DNA of 42,342 bases from Candidatus Woesearchaeota archaeon (GTDB taxonomy: Archaea; Nanobdellota; Nanobdellia; Woesearchaeales; UBA10200): assembly GCA_016180275.1 (NCBI GenBank), contig JACPBN010000007.1, positions 1-42,342 on the forward strand, in the 5' to 3' direction. Numbering within the stretch: the stretch's first letter is position 1; each line of letters starts with the position of its first letter. A program made the position numbers and the translations under genes. This document shows, in pieces, positions 18,007 to 27,312 of this stretch. The notes under the pieces were generated by a model. It saw nothing but the letters and a program-made list of their open reading frames with translations. It made no database searches and was not told the DNA's origin.

Positions 18007-18615
18007 CTAAAAAAATGTTTTTATGACTCCATTCAGCACATGCTCACCATCAAACCCAAATATAGGTATCATGTTGAAGAAAAACAAGAGCATGTTAATA
18101 TGCTTGGTTAAAGTGAAGAATGCAATGTATTTCTTTCCGCAGAGCTTTTGTTTTATGATGAGCCAGCCAGAAAGCCAAAGCAATAAGTTAACTCCTGGGC
18201 CTGCAGCTGCAATCAATGCAGACTGTAAATATGTTGCACCTCCGCTGTGGCTGACATACGCAGGAACAAAAAAAATAAATCCGGAATTTAACAGTTTTAA
18301 AATTATTCCAAATATCAACCAGCTATAAGCTGCGTGAAAAGTTGCCTGCAATCCAAATGCTAATGCAGCAATCTTATGGCCTAATTCATGTAAAATGATT
18401 GCAGGAGCTGTCACATAGCAGGCAAATTTGAATGATTCCCAGTTGTAGCCTGCAAAGAGCTTGTTTGTTGTGTATTCCTGCAATGGATTATATTCTGGCG
18501 CTAAATGCCTTTTGTAGCTGTGTGCAAACTTGCTGAATGAATCTGCAAATATATAGCCTAAAGCAGCTGTCATTAAAATAATGTCAAAGATTTCATTAAA
18601 TGTGATGAGTGCCAT
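18007..18615 (-). CDS. M50 family (site-2) membrane metalloprotease
   Basis: HELGH, AAAGPGVN, NMIPIFGFDG. Confidence 0.9.
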   Translation of the reverse strand: MALITFNEIFDIILMTAALGYIFADSFSKFAHSYKRHLAPEYNPLQEYTTNKLFAGYNWESFKFACYVTAPAIILHELGHKIAALAFGLQATFHAAYSWLIFGIILKLLNSGFIFFVPAYVSHSGGATYLQSALIAAAGPGVNLLLWLSGWLIIKQKLCGKKYIAFFTLTKHINMLLFFFNMIPIFGFDGEHVLNGVIKTFF

Positions 18616-18726
18616 GATAGTTATTGTAATTTAATTTGTGTTATTAAATCTACCTGTTTGTTTTGATTGAAATCAGTTTTATCAATAAAAATATAAAAGA
18701 TTATAAGATAAGTGATTACATTTAAA

Positions 18727-18931
18727 CGAAAAGCAGTGGCGACTGCCGACGAACACCGGAAAGAAAGAAAAAAGAGTTGCTCCTCCTCTACATTTAGGGA
18801 TGCAACTTTGTAATTTGGTAAAACATCACATAAGTTAATCACTTAGTCAATGGTCTGCATTGCCCGTCGCAACTTAGTATAGTTATTGTGGATTTGTGTT
18901 CGTCAAATAATGGCAGTCGCCACAGATTTTG
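18727..18931. repeat. Nested-palindrome element, copy 2
   Basis: GTGGCGACTGCC (18736)/GGCAGTCGCCAC (18923), GACGAACAC/GTGTTCGTC, invariant AAGAGTTGCTCCTCCTCTAC and GCCCGTCGCAACTTA. Confidence 0.85.
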
Positions 18932-19013
18932 ATCTAAACTCATTGGAAAACATTATAAATAAAGCTGAATAATTTATGCAAATAATGTAGTTTTGCATTT
19001 GGAGGAAATCTTT

Positions 19014-19457
19014 ATGGCAAATAATGTTGTTGAAGCAGGAAACACAGTCAAGGTTGATTATACCGGCAAATTAGATGATGGCACAGTATTTGATGCTTCA
19101 GAAGGAAAACAGCCATTGCAATTTCAGACTGGAGCTAAGCAGGTAATACCTGGATTTGATAATGGAATTATCGGGATGAAGCTAAATGATGTGAAGAACA
19201 TCAAGATCCCTGCAAAAGATGCCTATGGTGAATCGCGCCCTGAAATGATAATTGAAGTGCCTAAGCAGCCATTTGTAACTTCACAGAACATGGAGCCAAA
19301 AGAAGGGATGATAGTGACATTGAAAGCAAAAGACGGCAATATGATGAATGCGATCGTCAAGGAAGTTAAAGGAGATAAGATGATACTTGATTTCAATCAT
19401 CCATTAGCTGGAAAGAATCTTAATTTCCATGTAAAGGTTGTTGAGATTGTGAAGTAA
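19014..19457 (+). CDS. FKBP-type peptidyl-prolyl isomerase (SlyD-like)
   Basis: VDYTGKLDDGTVFD, VIPGFD, AYGE, LDFNHPLAGKNLNF; GGAGG RBS before the ATG at 19014. Confidence 0.93.
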   Translation: MANNVVEAGNTVKVDYTGKLDDGTVFDASEGKQPLQFQTGAKQVIPGFDNGIIGMKLNDVKNIKIPAKDAYGESRPEMIIEVPKQPFVTSQNMEPKEGMIVTLKAKDGNMMNAIVKEVKGDKMILDFNHPLAGKNLNFHVKVVEIVK

Positions 19458-19578
19458 TTGTCAGGTTATTTCTTTCTTTCCGACTTTTCTTATATCACTT
19501 TAATTTTATTTGAACTTATACAAAGTTATTTATATCCTAATCTATTATTAAATGTTATATTATTTGAGAGGGATTCCT

Positions 19579-20367
19579 ATGGCAGAAAAAAAAGAATGTC
19601 CGTATAAAAAGATCCATTGGATTTTGGCAATTGCTGTTGTTGTTTTATTGGCAGCTGCGTTTAAGCTAGGGTATTACAAAAGCTCTTATCATGAGAGCTA
19701 TGGTTCAAAATATAACAGGAACATAATAACCGTCTCTGGAAATTCTGAGATTGATGCTTCTCCTGATAAAGCAGAGATGTATGTTGCAGTAAGTAATGAA
19801 GCATTAGCTGCAAAAGAAGCTAAAGATAAGAACAGTGAAACAAGTAATAATGTGATTGATGCATTAATTAAGCAAGGGCTTAAGAAAGATGATATTGAAA
19901 CAAGCAGCTTTACAATCTCTCCTAAGTATGAATGGGAAAATGATGAGAAAGGGATTGGGAAGCAAGTGTTTAAAGGATATGAAGTAAGGCATGTTCTTAA
20001 AATTACTACACAAACAATAGATAAGATCGGTGAATTTCTGGATGCAGCAGTTGATGCTGGAGCTAATAATGTCGAGCAGATAAGATTTGGACTGACTAAA
20101 GAGAAAGAGGTAGAAGTGAAAACAGATGCTCTCTATGAAGCAGCTAAAAACGCAGAGGAGAAAGCAATCGTGCTTGCAACTAGCTTAGGAGTGAATTTAA
20201 AGAAAGCTGTAAGCATACAGGAGACAAGCTTCAGCTATCAGCCCTATTATTATGACACAAGAAGCTTTGAAACTGCTGCGATGGCAAAAATGGAGTCAAC
20301 TCAAGTAATTGCGCCTAAGAATGTTGAAGTAAGGGCTAATGTGAATGTTGTGTTCGGGATGAAGTAG
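19579..20367 (+). CDS. SIMPL/DUF541 domain protein
   Basis: N-terminal TM, ITVSG.S....SPD.A, D.AVDAGAN, A.KNA.EKA..LA..LG. Confidence 0.85.
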   Translation: MAEKKECPYKKIHWILAIAVVVLLAAAFKLGYYKSSYHESYGSKYNRNIITVSGNSEIDASPDKAEMYVAVSNEALAAKEAKDKNSETSNNVIDALIKQGLKKDDIETSSFTISPKYEWENDEKGIGKQVFKGYEVRHVLKITTQTIDKIGEFLDAAVDAGANNVEQIRFGLTKEKEVEVKTDALYEAAKNAEEKAIVLATSLGVNLKKAVSIQETSFSYQPYYYDTRSFETAAMAKMESTQVIAPKNVEVRANVNVVFGMK

Positions 20368-20565
20368 AGAATAAGATAAAAAAATTATTGTACGAATAAA
20401 AGCCTTTGATTGGAGCCGGCAGCAGGAACTTCTGCCTTAACCTCCTGAGATACATACTTAAATAAGTGAGCGGAAATTTCAACCATTTAAGATTGAGATT
20501 GATAGCGATTGCGTATTTATCAATTAAACTCAAAGGAATCTCTGCCTTTTATGGTTGAGATGATG

Positions 20566-21171
20566 TCAATTATTATTTTTGCTCAAATAAACTTTATATC
20601 CAGACTCTTTAGCCAATGTTGCTGCGTTGCCAAATACTTCTAGCATCTTTTTTTCAGTTTCTTTGCCGCCTTTTTGATGCCTGGCAACAACCTGCAAAGT
20701 CCCGCCATGTTTAAGATAGTTTTTTGATTGCTCAATTATGGTGAAGCATGTTTTTCTGCCTGCGTGCTGAGGCAAGTTAGATATTATAGTATCGAATTTA
20801 AGTTCTGTAGGAATGCTTTCATACAAATTTCCTTGGAATGCGGTTATGTTCATATTATTCAGCTCTGCATTCTTTCTTGCAATCCTGACTGCGCGTTCGT
20901 TAATATCTGTTAAGTAAACTTTTGTCTGTGGCAATATTTTTTTTATTGCTATTCCAACTACACCAATTCCGCAGCCAAAATCAAGCACAGAATCTTTCTC
21001 TCTAACAATAACATTTTCTATCAAAATTCTAGTGCCAGTATCAATCTTCTCTGCAGAAAAGACGCCAGATGCAGTATAAAACTCAAAATCAGTATTTTTA
21101 ATATTAACATTTATTTTCTTAATAATTTCTTTGCTTAATGGTTTCTTAGAAAAATAATGTTCTTCTTCCAT
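20566..21171 (-). CDS. RsmC/MTS-family SAM methyltransferase
   Basis: EHYFS, SGVFS..KIDTGT, VLDFGCGIG, DINERA, SNLP. Confidence 0.88.
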   Translation of the reverse strand: MEEEHYFSKKPLSKEIIKKINVNIKNTDFEFYTASGVFSAEKIDTGTRILIENVIVREKDSVLDFGCGIGVVGIAIKKILPQTKVYLTDINERAVRIARKNAELNNMNITAFQGNLYESIPTELKFDTIISNLPQHAGRKTCFTIIEQSKNYLKHGGTLQVVARHQKGGKETEKKMLEVFGNAATLAKESGYKVYLSKNNN

Positions 21172-21177
21172 GTTTCT

Positions 21178-22023
21178 TTATCCAATTATCGCATACGCTC
21201 TCATAACCAGGTTTTCAGCTGCTTTAATCAAATCCCATTCTCTGCCTTCAATTATTGTGCAGTTGCCTGCAAATGTTATTTTTGGCTTAGCTGCTTCTCT
21301 AACAAATATTACTGCAGTGTCAGTTGAATTTTCACAGGTTATTATTGGCCTGCTAAAGCATGCAGGAGATTCTTCGTTTGTGCACGCTGCAATTATCTCT
21401 TTTTTGAATGTCTTGATAAAATGAGTGTCTATCTGGCCAACTGCCAAGGCAACATACTTCATTGTAGATTCATTATTCTCAGACCTAGCGTATTTTGATT
21501 CATTCGGATCAAATGTAACATATAACTTTTCATTTTGGAATGCCGTGCCAAATACGTTTCCATTTTCGCCTGCTGTCTGTATGTTTTCTATCTCTCTAGG
21601 CCCGTAATAGAATTCTGTGCTGTATACTGTATTTCCTGTCTTTAGATCAGCATACCAAAAATCATCTTTGCGCATAAATTCGATGTTGTTATAGACATAT
21701 TCTTTTGCTTTCTCTGAAGTAGGATGAGGCGCATTTATCTTAACTAAACCGGTGCTTATCTTTGGCTCTGGATTGTAGATGTAAGGAATAGATGCAATGA
21801 TTGCTATGATTACGACAATAGATATTATGCTAACTATAGTAACATTAATGCTTTTCTTATCGCTGATGCCATAATCTTCTTTTTCTTCTGCGAGTGTTAT
21901 TTTAGTATCATCGCTGACTAAATTATCCTGATTAGCACTTTCTTCTTTTTGGTATTCTTGCTTTTGTTCCTGAGTATTTGTTTCTTGCAGGCTTTCTTGT
22001 TCTTTTATATCATTTTGCTCCAT
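21178..22023 (-). CDS. Hypothetical single-TM protein with Cys-containing extracellular domain
   Basis: 281 aa ORF, acidic N-terminus, one TM, co-oriented with the methyltransferase. Confidence 0.7.
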   Translation of the reverse strand: MEQNDIKEQESLQETNTQEQKQEYQKEESANQDNLVSDDTKITLAEEKEDYGISDKKSINVTIVSIISIVVIIAIIASIPYIYNPEPKISTGLVKINAPHPTSEKAKEYVYNNIEFMRKDDFWYADLKTGNTVYSTEFYYGPREIENIQTAGENGNVFGTAFQNEKLYVTFDPNESKYARSENNESTMKYVALAVGQIDTHFIKTFKKEIIAACTNEESPACFSRPIITCENSTDTAVIFVREAAKPKITFAGNCTIIEGREWDLIKAAENLVMRAYAIIG

Positions 22024-22082
22024 CGTGCTGACTAATTTATCATGGCTGTATAAAAATATTGCGCATGTGCTGACTAAAATTG

Positions 22083-22327
22083 GTGTGTATTAGGCTTTAG
22101 ACGATAAAAGCCAGAACTGTGGCTTTGTCTCAAGTCGGAAATTTATATACTGCGTATACAAATTTCCGCCTTTCGACCGTCGCCTGCGAACACTGGCAAA
22201 GTTTATTACAAGGAACTTGCCTTTCATGGAACCTCCGGCAAGTTCTTGCAGGAATCCATAAAGGTGTTCGCAAAATTGGCGACGTCAGCCACAGCTCTGG
22301 CTTTTTTAAGATTAGCTTAATACATAC
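22083..22327. mobile_element. MITE-like nested-palindrome element, divergent copy 4
   Basis: TIR GTGTGTATTAGGCT/AGCTTAATACATAC; 8-bp direct repeat TAAAATTG at 22075-22082 and 22328-22335; core GCC-T-GCGAACAC...GTGTTCGC-AAAATT-GGC shared with copy 3. Confidence 0.7.
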
Positions 22328-22379
22328 TAAAATTGTATTGGATAGAAAGATATATATTCTTTTGAGATATTAGGTTATT

Positions 22380-24179
22380 ATGCCTAAAAAAACAATGATA
22401 TTTACTATTTTGGTGATTGTTTTAATTTTATTTGTAAGCTGCAAAAGCCCTAGTGATATGCCTTCTAATAATAATGCTAATAATATATATGATGATAATA
22501 ACATAGTAGAGAATATTCCATCAGATGCAATTAAAGAAACTTTTGTTGAGCAAAATCTTCCAGAGCATTGCAAAGATGGATTATATGATAAAGGCGAAGA
22601 AGGGCTTGACTGCGGCTGGAGCTGCCCGAATAAATGCAATTTTGCAGAGAAATGCGGAGAGTTAACCGAAGATGAGACTTGGGAAGGGAATATCCATGTA
22701 AATTGTTATGTCAGTGTCCCTGAAGGCATTACATTAACCGTCCAGCCAGGCACCATAGTGAAATTTCATCATGACAGGGACTACAAGACATTTGGCAGGG
22801 CAGGATTATCTGTAAACAAGGGAAACCTTAGAGCAATAGGCAATAAAGACAAGATGATATGGTTTACCTCAGATGCAAAAGACCCTATCAACGGAGACTG
22901 GATGCATATTAATATCGACCACAGCAAGAATTCGAGACTGGACCATGTCATTGTGGAATTTGCAGAGCTTGGAATATCACAGTTCGATTCCTCAGTGCCA
23001 ATCACTAATTCCATCATCCGCTGGATCAACAGCGAGGGCCTTTACGGAGAGCGTTCAACTCCGATCATCCAGAATAATACACTTTACAGCAATGGTTACC
23101 ACGAAATTGCGCTAGAGCAATACAATAAAGATGCGATCATTTCTGACAATTACTTTAAAAATGGGCATCATGGAGTTCATTTTGAGAAGAGCACGGGGAC
23201 AGTCAAGAATAATTTTTTTGAGAATTACAGTGTCTTAAAGACCAATGACCCCGAGTTTACAGTAAGTGCAGGCATGGAATCGCAAGTGACTGTAGAGGAT
23301 AATGAGTTCCAGAATACAGGAGAAACTCTTTTTGCCATCGATGATAATGTAAAGAGTAACCTAAAAAATAATCAGGTGGTTAATGGCAGAAAACCGCCTA
23401 TTTTTGACTATCAGGACATAAGAAACTTTGAGATACCTTATATACCAGGCGATGAAGAAGATAAATTCCCATATGTATATGCAGATCAAGATGAAACAAG
23501 AAGAGTAGTTAAAAAGATAGGAAAGGGCCTTTACTTTGGATGGTCATTGGTTTATGCAAACGGCTATCTTTATCGCTTTAGTTTAGATAGCAAGATCGGT
23601 GGAGACCTTGACTTTATCAAAATTAATCCGGAAACAGGAGCTACTGAACTATTTGGGAATAATGGCATCATAAGCCCAAGGGGATTGGCATATGACGGAG
23701 AATATTTTTATATCAATGATGGCAGCCTAAAAAAAATCTTTAAATTCAAATTAAAAGATGGTGCAAAACAAGGAGATTTTATCGAGGTAGTTGATAAGTT
23801 TGATATCCCTGAAGCAGATAAAGGCGGCACAGCCGGCTTGGCTTCAGACGGCGAGTTTCTCTATCTAGTCCATCGTTATGGAGAGAAGATCTGGAAATTA
23901 GACAAGAAAGGAAATGCAGTTGGAGAAATCCAATTTCAGGCGCCAGGCGGCTCAATCACTTATGCAGACGGATATTTCTGGGTGTATGCAGGCTGCAAAA
24001 AAGGCATCTGCAAATTTACAAAAGATGGAAAATTAGCCGGGGAGATATATCCTGCAGCCAAAGACCCATGGGCATTGGCATGGGACGGGAAATACCTCTG
24101 GGCATTATACAGGACAAGCGAAACTTGGAATGATGCAAAGATATACCAGATGGAGATCCTGGATGATTCGTTGGATTGA
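22380..24179 (+). CDS. Secreted/lipoprotein with Cys-rich motif, parallel beta-helix and C-terminal beta-propeller
   Basis: Signal peptide ending FVSC; C.DG....GEE..DCG.SC...C; LTVQPGTIVKF, I.FTS, I.NN repeats; GLAYDGEYFY/GLASDGEFLY/ALAWDGKYLW repeats. Confidence 0.75.
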   Translation: MPKKTMIFTILVIVLILFVSCKSPSDMPSNNNANNIYDDNNIVENIPSDAIKETFVEQNLPEHCKDGLYDKGEEGLDCGWSCPNKCNFAEKCGELTEDETWEGNIHVNCYVSVPEGITLTVQPGTIVKFHHDRDYKTFGRAGLSVNKGNLRAIGNKDKMIWFTSDAKDPINGDWMHINIDHSKNSRLDHVIVEFAELGISQFDSSVPITNSIIRWINSEGLYGERSTPIIQNNTLYSNGYHEIALEQYNKDAIISDNYFKNGHHGVHFEKSTGTVKNNFFENYSVLKTNDPEFTVSAGMESQVTVEDNEFQNTGETLFAIDDNVKSNLKNNQVVNGRKPPIFDYQDIRNFEIPYIPGDEEDKFPYVYADQDETRRVVKKIGKGLYFGWSLVYANGYLYRFSLDSKIGGDLDFIKINPETGATELFGNNGIISPRGLAYDGEYFYINDGSLKKIFKFKLKDGAKQGDFIEVVDKFDIPEADKGGTAGLASDGEFLYLVHRYGEKIWKLDKKGNAVGEIQFQAPGGSITYADGYFWVYAGCKKGICKFTKDGKLAGEIYPAAKDPWALAWDGKYLWALYRTSETWNDAKIYQMEILDDSLD

Positions 24180-24222
24180 TTACTGATTGTGCCTTAAAAT
24201 TTCCGGATTTTAGGCTGAAATA

Positions 24223-24294
24223 TTTCCGAAAATAAAAACATTTATATACTAGCTTAATTTCTGAAATTACAGATTATTTGAAATTTCAGAAAGT
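24223..24294 (+). promoter_or_regulatory. TATA box with three TTTCnGAAA palindromic operators upstream of the regulator
   Basis: TTTCCGAAA at 24223, TTTATATA at 24241, AATTTCTGAAATT at 24256-24268, AATTTCAGAAAGT at 24282-24294. Confidence 0.55.
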
Positions 24295-24391
24295 TATGGT
24301 CATAGCCAAGGGCCGCAATGGAAAGTTCTAAACCCCCAAAAGCTGCTCTTGGCAACTTTATCCTTTTCATGGTTTTCAGAGAAAATGGAAA

Positions 24392-24820
24392 ATGAAGGAG
24401 AATAATGCAGTAATCAGTGAAGTTATTTCTAATCTAGGCAATGTTACCGAGAAATTTGGGATGAATTCTGCGACAGGGATGATATTTGGAATGCTGTATT
24501 TTTTCGGAAGCAAGACGCAGGAGCAGCTAAAGGATGAACTGAAGCTTGGCCTTAGTACAGTGAGCCAGAGCTTGACTATTTTAGAAGCGTTTGGTTTTGT
24601 TAAGGTTGAGAAAGACGGGAGAAAGAAATCTTATTCTGCAAACCTGGAGAAAAGCAATGCTGTTTTAGAGAATATCATGCGGTTCAATATACAGCCATTA
24701 GCTGCATTAATTGAAAGCAGAGAGAAATATGTGAAAGATAAAGAAACTAAATTAAAACTGAAACTGCTCAGAGAGCATTGCAACAGTTGTTGTGATAAGA
24801 TTGAGAGGATGATGGGATAA
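24392..24820 (+). CDS. GbsR/MarR-like winged-helix transcriptional regulator
   Basis: FGMN...G.IFG.LY, L...L.LGLSTVSQSL..L..FGFV. Confidence 0.8.
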   Translation: MKENNAVISEVISNLGNVTEKFGMNSATGMIFGMLYFFGSKTQEQLKDELKLGLSTVSQSLTILEAFGFVKVEKDGRKKSYSANLEKSNAVLENIMRFNIQPLAALIESREKYVKDKETKLKLKLLREHCNSCCDKIERMMG

Positions 24821-24895
24821 AGAGCAAGATTAAATGACCATAAGAAACAAATGAAGATAAAGAATAAAAGTAAAAAATAAAATGATTTAACGCAA

Positions 24896-25585
24896 ATGAA
24901 CAGGACAATAATCAAGCTGGAAAATGTGTGGAAGATATATAAGATGGGTGAAGTAAAGGTAAATGCATTGCGGGGAGTAGATTTATCCATCAAAGAAGGT
25001 GAGTTTGTCTCAATAATGGGGCCTTCTGGGTCTGGCAAAAGCACTTGTGTCAACATGGTAGGATGCTTAGATGTGCCAAGCAAAGGAAGAATCTCTTTGG
25101 ACGGACATAATATTGCTCATTTATCTGAATCAGAGCTTGCGCAGATCAGAGGGAGAAAGATCGGATTTATCTTCCAGCAGTTTAATCTTATCCCAACTCT
25201 GACAGCAATAGAAAATGTGATGCTGCCTATGGTATTTCAAGGCTATTCTCAGGAAGACAGGATAAAAAGAGGAAAGGAATTGCTTGCATTAGTTGAGCTG
25301 CAGGACAGGATGCATCACAGGCCAACAGAGCTTTCAGGCGGGCAGCAGCAGAGAGTGGCGATTGCGAGAAGCCTGGCAAATAACCCTGAAGTTATCCTTG
25401 CAGATGAGCCAACTGGAAATTTAGATACAAGCACAGGAAAGAATGTGATGGATTTCCTGATGAAACTGAACAGGAAAGAAGGCAAGACAATCATCATGGT
25501 TACGCATGACAGCTATGTTGCAAACGCTGCCAACAGGGTCGAATACCTTAAAGATGGAAAGATAATCAAGACTAAACATAACTAA
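24896..25585 (+). CDS. ABC transporter ATPase (LolD/MacB type)
   Basis: [37 protein letters not shown]. Confidence 0.95.
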   Translation: MNRTIIKLENVWKIYKMGEVKVNALRGVDLSIKEGEFVSIMGPSGSGKSTCVNMVGCLDVPSKGRISLDGHNIAHLSESELAQIRGRKIGFIFQQFNLIPTLTAIENVMLPMVFQGYSQEDRIKRGKELLALVELQDRMHHRPTELSGGQQQRVAIARSLANNPEVILADEPTGNLDTSTGKNVMDFLMKLNRKEGKTIIMVTHDSYVANAANRVEYLKDGKIIKTKHN

Positions 25586-25654
25586 GATGGAAGAGAAGAC
25601 TAAAGATAATTGAAGAGATGATTGAATAATATAAAACAGAAAGGGTGAAGAAAA

Positions 25655-27055
25655 ATGGAAGCAAACAATCTGAAAGCGAAGACAAGAGTAAATTTAGCAG
25701 GAGAAGTTAAATTATTGAGGATGTTTGCTTTGTTATCGTTGATAGTTATAGCAGTTATAGCGGTAGCTTTCTTTGTGTTCCCTACAGTAACTGCAGTGAA
25801 TGAATTAGGAACTCCAACTATAAATACGACTCTGAAAAGCCAGAGCCCTGATCCTTTAGAGCCAGATAAGACAGCTGAGCTCAAATTTACAATCCGTAAT
25901 AGGGGAAAAGTCGCTGCTAAAGATGTTGTTGTGCAGTTAGTGCCTGAGTTTCCTTTAAGTGTTTTCGGCAAAGAAACTGAAAGTATAGGAGACCTTAGTG
26001 GCGGTGAGGATATAGGTGAAGCAACTGAAGTCGTATTTAAGGTAAAAGCTGAGAAAGATGCTACAGAAGGAGAGCATAAAGTAAAGTTAAAGATAAAATA
26101 CAATGGAGTCTGGACAGGAACACAGGATTTTACAGTAAGAGTGAGGACATTTGATTCAATATTAAATATTGAAGAATATAGTTTTGAGCCAGAAGAGATA
26201 AAGGCAGGAGAGCCATTCAAGCTAAAACTGAGATTAAAGAATTATGCTGACAATTACTTAAGAGATGTAAGCGTAAAGCTAGAGATTGATGGGACAAGCT
26301 TTGCACCTGATAAATCAACAAATGTAAAAGTAATAAAAGAGCTTGCTGCATACAAGACAGAAGAAGTTGATTTCGACCTGATAAGCGACAATACACTCAC
26401 AGCAAAGCTCCATAAGGTGATTGCTAGGATAACATATGTGAATAATCTTGGAACAAGCTTTGCAAGAAACAGCACATTAGGCATTGCAGTAAAGAGTGAG
26501 CCAGAGTATACTGTTAATATTGACCAGACAGAAGTGTTCTCCAAGAAAGATAAAGGCAAAGTTGTTGTCTCTTTCTATAACAAAGGCACAAGCGACATCA
26601 ATTTTGTCTCGCTTGAATTAGCAGAGAGCAGTGATTTTGAAATATTGTCTCCAAAGAATGTTTACTTGGGCAATATTGAGAGCGATGATTTTGAGAGCGC
26701 AGATTATAACATCTATGTCAAGGAAGTGAAGAAAGAGATTGAATTGAAAATGACAGCTAAATTCAAGGACAATTATAACAAGGAATATGTCAGGCAGATA
26801 TCATTGCCGTTAAAGCTCTACTCTGAGAAAGATGCCATCAAATATACTCTCAAAAAGGCAGAAAGCAAGGCAATGCAGATAATATTCGGGATGATCGGAG
26901 TTTTGTTTGCAGCATTCTGGGTGTTTATGCTAGTTGACTGCTACAACAGCAGATTGACAAGAAACAAAAAGATCGCTTGGCTTGTGATAATTGGGCTTTC
27001 GTTCGTGTTCGGCGCAGCTGCATATTATTTTATCGGGAGAAGCAAGAGCATTTAA
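25655..27055 (+). CDS. COG1361-like S-layer/Ig-domain protein with C-terminal TMs
   Basis: Q.PDP.EP....L.F.I.N.G repeats, IGDL..G; typical archaeal partner of MacB-type ABC systems. Confidence 0.7.
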   Translation: MEANNLKAKTRVNLAGEVKLLRMFALLSLIVIAVIAVAFFVFPTVTAVNELGTPTINTTLKSQSPDPLEPDKTAELKFTIRNRGKVAAKDVVVQLVPEFPLSVFGKETESIGDLSGGEDIGEATEVVFKVKAEKDATEGEHKVKLKIKYNGVWTGTQDFTVRVRTFDSILNIEEYSFEPEEIKAGEPFKLKLRLKNYADNYLRDVSVKLEIDGTSFAPDKSTNVKVIKELAAYKTEEVDFDLISDNTLTAKLHKVIARITYVNNLGTSFARNSTLGIAVKSEPEYTVNIDQTEVFSKKDKGKVVVSFYNKGTSDINFVSLELAESSDFEILSPKNVYLGNIESDDFESADYNIYVKEVKKEIELKMTAKFKDNYNKEYVRQISLPLKLYSEKDAIKYTLKKAESKAMQIIFGMIGVLFAAFWVFMLVDCYNSRLTRNKKIAWLVIIGLSFVFGAAAYYFIGRSKSI

Positions 27056-27076
27056 TCAGATATTTTTATTATAATC

Positions 27077-27282
27077 AGTTAAGGCAGTGGCTACGCCTGC
27101 GAGCACTCGCTTAGATTATTGAAGAGTTGCTCCTCCTCTACGCATAGTTAAGATGCAACCTCGCTAGAATAGTTAGTTGTTATGAATATTGCTACCTTAC
27201 CAGTTCAAGTTCGCCCGTCGCAACTTAAGATGTTTTTATTGATTTGTGCTCGCCAAAATTGGCTGTAGCCACTGCCTTAACT
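27077..27282. repeat. Nested-palindrome element, copy 3
   Basis: Perfect 18-bp IR AGTTAAGGCAGTGGCTAC/GTAGCCACTGCCTTAACT; GCGAGCAC/GTGCTCGC; same invariant motifs as copies 1 and 2. Confidence 0.85.
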
Positions 27283-27312
27283 CTGCAGAAATTATTTTAG
27301 TATGAGGTACTT

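Noticed and set aside
18621-18842. 73-aa minus-strand ORF (VEEEQLF) through element copy 2, and the 84-aa ORF at 22119 through copy 4
   Set aside because: The equivalent frame has a stop in copy 3 and the 70/71-nt length difference breaks frame; conservation follows base-pairing rather than codons
20411-20440. tRNA-like 3' end on the minus strand (GCCGGCTCCA)
   Set aside because: No TTC-containing T-loop and no matching 5' acceptor strand
3891-27282. Palindrome family as a CRISPR array or integron attC sites
   Set aside because: Copies are dispersed kilobases apart between housekeeping genes, no cas genes are present, and the ends lack the RYYYAAC...GTTRRRY order
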